DNA of 64,000 bases from Myxococcota bacterium. GTDB lineage: Bacteria > Myxococcota_C > UBA6777. A program made the translations under genes and the position numbers. Every line of letters begins with the position of its first letter. The first letter of the stretch is position 1. Below the pieces are notes generated by a model. The model made no database searches. It was not told where the DNA came from and saw only the letters and a program-made list of their open reading frames with translations. This document shows positions 56,982-64,000 of the stretch, piece after piece. The stretch spans positions 1 to 64,000 of the forward strand of contig JAKLKB010000008.1 of NCBI GenBank assembly GCA_023150835.1, written 5' to 3'.

Positions 56982-58616
56982 TCAGGGAACGGTCCAAACA
57001 GCGGCTCCTGCGCCGGGATGGCGGACTTCTTTGGGATGATAGAGAGAAGCGTCGATCTCGGGAAAGAGATTGTCTTTGCTTTCGATCTCTTGGAGAGTGG
57101 GTAAGTCGATTTGATTTCGGACAAGCTGATCGGCAAGTGTCTGAAAGCGCGTGATGTGTTCGCGTGTGCGCTTTTCGGCATAGGGGACGGTGGTTTGCAT
57201 AGTCATAATAAATGCCCAGTCGGAGGATTGGGCCAAGACAAGTTCGCGGGCCATCTGGTTGAGGGCGCGTTTTTGGAGGGTGGTGGGGGAAGAGAAGCGG
57301 CGCGTGATCTGGGCCATTTGTTCTTCGGCGTGGTGGAGGTGTGGATAGATCCACTCGTTGGTGTGGTTGAGCCAAACGCCGTAGTATCCGTTGGCTCCCC
57401 AACTGGAGAGTGCAGGGCGGACGACTTGGTGAGATTGCGGGAGGCGGAGATAATCTTCGGGGGTGATGAGCTGGATCTCGTCTTGATCGAAGGCTGCTTT
57501 GCGAAATAGGAATTCGAGAAATAGCGGCCCTTCAAACCACCAGTGGCCAAAGAGTTCGGCATCATAAGGGGCCGTCAAGTGGGGGGTGATGCCGTGAAGA
57601 GCGTGTAAATAGCGACATTGTTTGATGCGATTGCGGAGAAAGTCGCCGGCATGGAGAGCGGCACGTTCGCGTGCCCATGTTGGGACGTAGGGTTCTTTTT
57701 TGGACAAGTCGACTTTGCCGGTGATGCGGTGGTATTTGATGCCAAGATTGCGGCGGATCCCGTCGGGATGGCGACAATCGCCGAGTTCTTCTTGGGGGAG
57801 GTCGTAGCCGAGATCGCGGTAAAACTCCCGATACAAGGGGTCTCCCGGGTATCCTTCTTCGGCGCTCCAGACTTGGTGGGAGCATTCTTGATCGCGGCCA
57901 AAGGCCATCACACCTGCGGGCGTACAGATCGGTCTTGCGGTACCGTAGCGTGGGGAGGGAGTGGCGTGGAGCAATCCGTGGCTTTCCATAAAAAAGTATT
58001 GAAGCTCCGCGTCTTTGAGCAACAATTCCATCCCGGGCGCATAGGCGCACTCTGAAAGCCAGATCCCTCGGGGCGCACGTCCAAAGTGCCGCGTGTAGTT
58101 ACGCACGCCGATCTCGATCTGTGCGTGGCGTGCTTCGTCGGTGGCCATCAAGGGAAGATAGCCGTGAGTGGCGGGGCAGGTGACGATGGAAAGGCCGCCT
58201 TCGTCTTGGAGGCGAGCAAAGGCTCCGAGCAGATCTCGCTTCCAACGCTGGGTGTAGTCTTCGTGGACTGTTTTGAGATCGTGATAGGCGTGGTCTGATG
58301 CCTCGTGAAAGCGGGTGCCTTTGTGCGTGTGCGCTTGCCGCTCAGCAAGGGCCAACAACCGCTCAAGACGGGCGATATAGCGGTCTTGAAGCAGCGTGTC
58401 GTGGAGCATCTCACACAAGGGCGGGGTGAGCGACATCGTCAGCGCAAAGGGGACGCGATCGCGTTGTAGGCGTTCCATCATCTGAAGCAACGGAATATAT
58501 GTTTCGGTGATCGCTTCGTAGAGCCAATCTTCCTCTAAAAAGTCGGGGTATTCGGGATGACGCACGAAGGGCAGATGTGCGTGAAGAAGAATTGAGAGAT
58601 AGCCTACAGGTTTCAT
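56982..58616 (-). CDS. GH57 1,4-alpha-glucan branching enzyme (DUF1957)
   Basis: LHAHLPFVRHP, EEDWLYEAITETYIP, THGYLPL, GIWLSECAY (Glu nucleophile), PYDAELFGHWWFEG (Asp), LAQSSDW. Confidence 0.96.
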   Translation of the reverse strand: MKPVGYLSILLHAHLPFVRHPEYPDFLEEDWLYEAITETYIPLLQMMERLQRDRVPFALTMSLTPPLCEMLHDTLLQDRYIARLERLLALAERQAHTHKGTRFHEASDHAYHDLKTVHEDYTQRWKRDLLGAFARLQDEGGLSIVTCPATHGYLPLMATDEARHAQIEIGVRNYTRHFGRAPRGIWLSECAYAPGMELLLKDAELQYFFMESHGLLHATPSPRYGTARPICTPAGVMAFGRDQECSHQVWSAEEGYPGDPLYREFYRDLGYDLPQEELGDCRHPDGIRRNLGIKYHRITGKVDLSKKEPYVPTWARERAALHAGDFLRNRIKQCRYLHALHGITPHLTAPYDAELFGHWWFEGPLFLEFLFRKAAFDQDEIQLITPEDYLRLPQSHQVVRPALSSWGANGYYGVWLNHTNEWIYPHLHHAEEQMAQITRRFSSPTTLQKRALNQMARELVLAQSSDWAFIMTMQTTVPYAEKRTREHITRFQTLADQLVRNQIDLPTLQEIESKDNLFPEIDASLYHPKEVRHPGAGAAVWTVP

Positions 58617-58685
58617 AGAATCAATCTTCCTTGTCCAAAAGAAAAAGGCGAAAAAGTAAAGGCCAACGTAAAGTTTGATGATCTG

Positions 58686-58797
58686 TCATACGTTCCGAGT
58701 GATGTATACGCAAAGGAGAGTACGTAGACGCCCGATTGTTGGGCCCCTGTGGCTGCCCCTACATCTTTATGGTAACTCAACGGGCGGATTTCGTGCC
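58686..58797. repeat. Degenerate family B MITE
   Basis: TCATACGTTCCGAGTGATGTATACGCAAAG ... TGTGGCTGCCCCTACA ... GCGGATTTCGT. Confidence 0.8.
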
Positions 58798-58937
58798 GTA
58801 CATTTCGAGGCGGATGCGATCGACGACTTTGAGGCGGGTGCGCCTCGCTGGTTTCGAGATGGATGCGATGCAACCGACTGTTTCTGGTCGCGGAGGCGAT
58901 GCGCCTAGACGGTTTCTGGTCGTAGATGCGATGCGAT

Positions 58938-61133
58938 CTATTGGGTGCGGTGGCGAAAAGCTGCCGAAGAAGGCGCACGATGGACCAACGAAGCCGACGA
59001 CGGGAGGGGGCGGATCAATGAAGCCGAGCTTGGTGCGCCACCATGTGGGGGGAAGGTGCGAGGCGGAAAGATCGGTGGATGGGCTTTCCAAGGGGGGGTT
59101 CGTTGAAGATCGGCGGAAGTCGGGGCATGGCGGTGAGGTGGAGTGGGAGACAAGGACGCGGGTGCTTGTTGAGAAGAGGAGTCGCTGTGTTCAGAGGGGG
59201 TGTGGCTTGCGACAGAAGGAGCGGGAGGTTCTGGGATATGGGTGGAGATGGCCGCAGGTACGTCATAAACAGCGGGTGTTGGGGCAGGATGAGCTTGCGC
59301 TTGTTCGGTATCCCAACGTACCCATGATTCGGTGGCTTGTGTGGAGGGAGGTGTTGCAGCAGTGCTTGTGGAGGGTGGGATTTCAAGGGAAAGGCGGCGG
59401 GGTGGTATCTTGAGATCGATGGAAGCGATCGGAAACCACGTACGGGCGGGCGGTTGGATGTGGGCCGCGATCATGCGGATTTGGGAGACTTGTGCGCGGA
59501 CATAGCCGCTGTGGTATTGGGGAGGGACTTGGAATGTGTGGACGATATCGCCGCCTTCATCGCGGGCCTCGATCTTCCACGGCGACTGCGGAGGTTCGGG
59601 GGTGTTCCAGTAAACATACACGCTTTGCGGATCGCGGATCATTGCGCGGATGCGGGTGTTTTCGTAGCGAGCAGGCAGCGTTGGGCCGCGATCGATGTAA
59701 GGCGTCGCTGAAGTGCGCGGAGGGTGCGGAGGCGGCGGCTCGATCGCAGCGTGTACTTCGTCGAGATCGGGTTGGAGGACGCTGTCGCGAGGGATCGGTG
59801 GCAGTTCGATGGTCTGGGCATTTTTTTCGGCTCGGGCTTTTTCTGCGGCGACAAGGGCGGCATAATCGTCTTCGTCTTGCCATACACGATCCTCTGTGTC
59901 GTTTTGGATCTCGATCGTTTCGGAGCCATCGGCGGCTTGCCTGTCATCGGCGGTGTTGAGCGTAGCGTCCGTTGTTTCGGTTTCAAGGAGCGTCGGGGCG
60001 GATGTTCCTGTCTCTGTAGAGAGGGTCGTTGTTGCTGTGGCCGCTGAAGCTCGTTCTTGGGTGCTGCTTGTGGTGGAGGCCGTTGTGGTGGTCTCGTTTG
60101 TGCTGCTTGTGGTGGAGGCCGTTGTGGTGGCCTCGTTTGCGCTGCTTGTGGTGGAGGCCGTTGCTGTCGATGGGCTTACATTGCTTGTGGTGGAGGCCGT
60201 TGCAGTGGTCTCGTTTGGACGGCTTGCTGTGGGGATTGTCTCGCTGGGTGGATTTGTTGCGTTCAGCGGACCTCGATCCTGATCGAGGGAAAGTTCGGTC
60301 GATAGGGCTATTTGGCTCGCTGTTTGTGAAGACACCTCTGTTGACATCGGGGCTGTGGCTGGAGTGGTAGTGGTGTGGTTGAGGGGATCTGCTTTGCGAG
60401 ATTTCGCGGGTTGGGCGGGTTCGTTGTGCGAAGGCAAAGCGGTGGCCTTGGGTGGTGTTGGTTTGCGCGCCAAGAAAAAGTCTAGGATGGCTTGGATCAG
60501 GGAACGTTTGCTCATGCGGGTCCGTCCTGCGATATCCAGCGTTCGGGCGATCTGCTGGAGTTGTCGGCTGTTTTGGGATTCGAGCGCTTCGAGCGTCCAA
60601 TCCGTGGGGGGGAGAGAAAAGGTCTGATCGGCTTCTGTGGCGCTTGGAGTAACGGGAGATTGTGTCAAGCGGATGTCGGCGGTTTCGGTGAAAGAAAGCG
60701 ACTGGATGCTTGAAGAAAACGACTCGGTGTTTGAAGGGCCGTCGATCGGGCTTGTCGGTAAACTTTTGCTCCAAATCGCCGAATCGCTCGGTTTGGTCGG
60801 TTCGGTCGGTTCGGTCGGTTGAGGCTTTGTCGGGAGAGCGGTTGGAAGGACTCTCGCGGGGGGATTCGGAACAGAAGAAAGCGTGGTCGGAAGGGCCATT
60901 GCGGGTGGAGTTGGCACAGGATGAACGGGTGATGGTGAGGTCTCTGTGGGTGGCGAGGCGGAGAGCCACGAGGTGATCTCAGTGGCCCGAAGCGGCTGTT
61001 GTTGGAGCGTTTCGAGGATCGCTTCGATGAGAGAGCGCTTGCTCATGCGTGTGCGCCCTGCGATATCGAGCCGTTGTGCGACAGTTTGTAAGATGCGCAC
61101 GCTGTACGTGCCCAAGAATTTTTTGTCGATCAT
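58938..61133 (-). CDS. DUF4912-domain protein with two Rho-N-like motifs
   Basis: LPARYENTRIRAMIRDPQSVYVYW (DUF4912); two copies of LQxxAxxLDIAGRTRMSKRSLIxAI; upstream of GH57, the usual arrangement. GGAG RBS before ATG 61133. Confidence 0.85.
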   Translation of the reverse strand: MIDKKFLGTYSVRILQTVAQRLDIAGRTRMSKRSLIEAILETLQQQPLRATEITSWLSASPPTETSPSPVHPVPTPPAMALPTTLSSVPNPPARVLPTALPTKPQPTEPTEPTKPSDSAIWSKSLPTSPIDGPSNTESFSSSIQSLSFTETADIRLTQSPVTPSATEADQTFSLPPTDWTLEALESQNSRQLQQIARTLDIAGRTRMSKRSLIQAILDFFLARKPTPPKATALPSHNEPAQPAKSRKADPLNHTTTTPATAPMSTEVSSQTASQIALSTELSLDQDRGPLNATNPPSETIPTASRPNETTATASTTSNVSPSTATASTTSSANEATTTASTTSSTNETTTTASTTSSTQERASAATATTTLSTETGTSAPTLLETETTDATLNTADDRQAADGSETIEIQNDTEDRVWQDEDDYAALVAAEKARAEKNAQTIELPPIPRDSVLQPDLDEVHAAIEPPPPHPPRTSATPYIDRGPTLPARYENTRIRAMIRDPQSVYVYWNTPEPPQSPWKIEARDEGGDIVHTFQVPPQYHSGYVRAQVSQIRMIAAHIQPPARTWFPIASIDLKIPPRRLSLEIPPSTSTAATPPSTQATESWVRWDTEQAQAHPAPTPAVYDVPAAISTHIPEPPAPSVASHTPSEHSDSSSQQAPASLSPTPPHRHAPTSADLQRTPPWKAHPPIFPPRTFPPHGGAPSSASLIRPLPSSASLVHRAPSSAAFRHRTQ
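60061..60217. repeat. 39-bp coding tandem repeat, 4 copies (Thr/Ser linker)
   Basis: Unit GTGCTGCTTGTGGTGGAGGCCGTTGTGGTGGTCTCGTTT. Confidence 0.9.
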
Positions 61134-61650
61134 CCGACCAACTCCTGTGTTCAAACCCCAGCGGGATGTTTTGGGGAGAAGCACGTCTTGGCCTTGAAAC
61201 ACGCGCTTGACTCTTGGAGATCGAGAAGCGATCTGTTGTGGGGTGGGGGATCTCTCCCAAACGGGCAGGGGGGATACATCATCTCGGGTGGGCTGTCAAC
61301 AGGAAAAAACATCAGAGAACGTCTCGATTTAGATGTCTTGTGGATTTTTATTACGATCTTGAGATAACAGAGTAGCATTTTGTAATGTTTTCATAAAACA
61401 AAGCAAACTCAGTTGTTTTGGCCTTTCCAGAAGCGATTCATCCAAGGATGCGAAGTCTTTTTTGATCACACGCGGTTGGATTCGGCGGAGGCGGAGGTGG
61501 TGCTTGACTTTGCGCTGTGCTCTCTTGTAGCAGTAACGGGCGAGATCTTTCGGCCATTTCTTTTGCTTTTTATGACACAGTGCCGCGAAGGCAGGGGGAA
61601 CGCTGCTTATTGGCTTGCCCTGTTGCTTGCGTTGGATCGGAGGCTGCGCT

Positions 61651-64000
61651 TTGAACGTGATCGATCGTTTCCCGCCTGTTCGGGAGCTGTTTGGGAGTCT
61701 TTGGCTTGGTTCTTTTGGGCGTCTTGGGGCGTTATGCCTTGTTTGGGTGTTTTTGGGGGGGAAGTGGGGAACCCAAGCTTCGGCGCAAAGCAGCGCACCG
61801 AAGGGCGGGATCGCAGGGTATTATCGCCAACCTACGATACATGGAAAGCAGATTGTTTTTGTGGCCGAAGGCGATCTGTGGTCGGTTCCGCTTGATGGAG
61901 GGAAAGCGCGCCGTTTGACCGTTCATCCCGGCGGTGAAGTCATGCCGCGTTTTTCACCCGATGGAAAGTGGCTCGCTTTTTCCGCGGATTACGAAGGGGA
62001 CAACGATCTTTACGTGATGCCCGCAGAAGGTGGTTCTCCCCGTCGTTTGACCTTTCGTCCCGGACCAGATATCCCTGTGGCTTGGACTCCAGACAGCCAG
62101 TACATCCTTTTTATGTCGCGCCGTCGTTATCAATTTTGGAACTGGTTCTTGTACAAAGTCCATGTATCGGGCAAAGAGCCGATCTCGCGTTTTCCTGTCG
62201 GCCACGCTGCGGCCCTTGCGTTCTCGCCTGATGGTCAGCGTGTCGCCTTCAATCGAGGTTTCCGTGAACTTCGCACGTGGAAGCGCTATACAGGCGGATG
62301 GGCGCAGGATATCTGGTTGGGGGATCTCAAGACGCAACGGTTTCAGAAGTTGACTACTTTTCCCGGAACAGATGTTCATCCGATGTGGTACAAAGATCGC
62401 GTTTACTTTGTTTCGGATCGTTCGGGGACGCGCAATATCTTTTCAATGGATCTGCAACGAAAACAGATCCTTCAGCACACCTTTCACGAGATCTGGGATG
62501 TTCGGTGGGCGTCGCTTGGGGGGGATCGCATTGTGTATCAAGGTGGTGCGGATATCTGGTGTTTGGATCTGACCACCAACCTGACCACTCGCGTCGATAT
62601 CCGCCTGACCACCGACGCGATCCGTCGCCGCCCGCGTTATATCCCCGGGTTTGCGTATTTTGAAAACTACTTTGATCTCGACAAAACGGGGGATCGCCTT
62701 GTTCTCAACGTACGTGGCGATATCTTTCAAGTCCCCACCCAAAAAGGCGGCTATCCTGTCCGCGTCACCGCATCTTCCAACAGCCGAGAAAAGTACCCTT
62801 CTTTTCTACCAAGCGGAGACAAGATCATCGCAATGTCCGATGCTTCGGGCGAAGATGAAATAACGATCTACGATGCGCTTGGCGAAGATCCGCCCAAATC
62901 CGTGACAAAGGGCGGAAAAGTCTGGCGCTTTTGGCCTGTTTCTTCGCCCGACGGGAAATGGGCCTTGTTTTCGGACAAAGACCTGAAGCTGTGGCTGGTG
63001 GATATCGCCACAGGAAAGACCCAGATGGTCGATCAATCCGAGACTTGGGAGATCTACACCTATTTCTTTTCTCCAGACAGCCGCTATGTCGCGTACGTCA
63101 AAACCGAAAAGAACCGATTGTCCTCGATCTTCCTCTATGATATCCAAAAGAAAGTAAGTATTCGTGCTACACGCGATTGGACGAATGATTATGCTCCGAC
63201 TTTTTCGGAGGATGGAAAAACGCTGTACTTCCTTTCGGATCGCTCTTTTGACCCGATATTCGGCAACTTTGATTTTCTCGATATCGTGGACAAGACAACG
63301 CGCATCTACGCTCTTTCTCTCGAACCCAAAACCCCCGCGCCTTATCGCATTCAAGACGCTTTGATCGACGCACGCGCCAAAGCAGAGGCCCAACAGCAGC
63401 CTGACACCGCCAAGATACCGCGACCACACCTGCGTCAACTCCGTCCGCTCCAACAAAAAACCGACCTATCCACCGCCAAGATCGCTGCGGCCCCCTCCAC
63501 ACCCAAGACCCCCACCACTCAGCCTTCTAAGACTGCCAAGCCTTCGGTCGTACCTGAAAAAGGCACTCCACGTACTGCAAAGACGGCTCCTTTGCAGCAA
63601 AATGCTGGAAAACATCATCAAAAAACAAAAGAAAAAACAGCAGGCAGACCGCAGAGAAAAGAGCAAAAGAAAAAAGCACCACCTCAGATCGTCGTGATCT
63701 CGGAGGGCCTTGAAGATCGGGCCACTTTGTTGCGAGAGATCCCTGCTGGACATTATTTTGCGCTGCGAGCGGTCAAAGGGCGCTTGTTTTGGATGAGCCG
63801 TCCCACTTTTGGCGTGATGTCGCGAGCACACTGGCGATCTCCTGTCAATACCTTGTATGCCTTTGATCTCAAAAACAAAAAGGTTCTGACGATCGCGCCG
63901 AGCATCCACAGCTACGATATCTCGGACGATGGCGGCAAAGTCGCGATCCGCCGAGGGATGCGCTTTCAAGTCTTTTCTAGCCAAGCCCCTACTGCTCCTA
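61651..64000 (+). CDS. Tricorn protease homolog (S41), N-terminal beta-propellers, 3'-partial
   Basis: Not in the ORF track because it has no stop. Manual translation after GGAGG/TTG gives a signal peptide, GYYRQPTIHGKQIVFVAEGDLWSV, PRFSPDGKWLAF, RRLTF, WKRYTGGWAQDIW. The catalytic domain lies outside the window. Confidence 0.9.
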   Translation, partial: MNVIDRFPPVRELFGSLWLGSFGRLGALCLVWVFLGGKWGTQASAQSSAPKGGIAGYYRQPTIHGKQIVFVAEGDLWSVPLDGGKARRLTVHPGGEVMPRFSPDGKWLAFSADYEGDNDLYVMPAEGGSPRRLTFRPGPDIPVAWTPDSQYILFMSRRRYQFWNWFLYKVHVSGKEPISRFPVGHAAALAFSPDGQRVAFNRGFRELRTWKRYTGGWAQDIWLGDLKTQRFQKLTTFPGTDVHPMWYKDRVYFVSDRSGTRNIFSMDLQRKQILQHTFHEIWDVRWASLGGDRIVYQGGADIWCLDLTTNLTTRVDIRLTTDAIRRRPRYIPGFAYFENYFDLDKTGDRLVLNVRGDIFQVPTQKGGYPVRVTASSNSREKYPSFLPSGDKIIAMSDASGEDEITIYDALGEDPPKSVTKGGKVWRFWPVSSPDGKWALFSDKDLKLWLVDIATGKTQMVDQSETWEIYTYFFSPDSRYVAYVKTEKNRLSSIFLYDIQKKVSIRATRDWTNDYAPTFSEDGKTLYFLSDRSFDPIFGNFDFLDIVDKTTRIYALSLEPKTPAPYRIQDALIDARAKAEAQQQPDTAKIPRPHLRQLRPLQQKTDLSTAKIAAAPSTPKTPTTQPSKTAKPSVVPEKGTPRTAKTAPLQQNAGKHHQKTKEKTAGRPQRKEQKKKAPPQIVVISEGLEDRATLLREIPAGHYFALRAVKGRLFWMSRPTFGVMSRAHWRSPVNTLYAFDLKNKKVLTIAPSIHSYDISDDGGKVAIRRGMRFQVFSSQAPTAP

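Overview
A gene-dense 64-kb chromosomal segment, probably from a myxobacterium-like organism (Myxococcota); this assignment is inferred from five Hanks-type Ser/Thr kinases, FHA, HEAT and Sel1 proteins and long Pro/Ser/Thr linkers. It holds about 40 CDS. Housekeeping and translation genes: cysS, lepB, ABC-F uup, arfB, RluA. Carbon-storage genes: PPi-type PFK, glgC, GH57 branching enzyme with DUF4912, and a DUF445-WS/DGAT-acyltransferase cluster. It also has an HmuY/TonB heme-uptake pair and a partial tricorn-like protease. No rRNA, tRNA, CRISPR array, integrase or transposase was seen. Intergenic DNA carries three families of REP/MITE-like repeats. Most notable observations: (1) two tandem cytoplasmic kinases ending in Roadblock/MglB-like domains; (2) two tandem membrane kinases sharing an unrecognised 8-cysteine extracytoplasmic domain; (3) a repeat-delimited three-gene cargo (nucleotidyltransferase, membrane protein, ADP-ribosylglycohydrolase) between 114-bp direct repeats; (4) half of a MITE encoding part of the HmuY signal peptide; (5) a circularly permuted thioredoxin-reductase-like domain fused to a membrane polyferredoxin. 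All family calls come from reading motifs by eye; no database searches were run.
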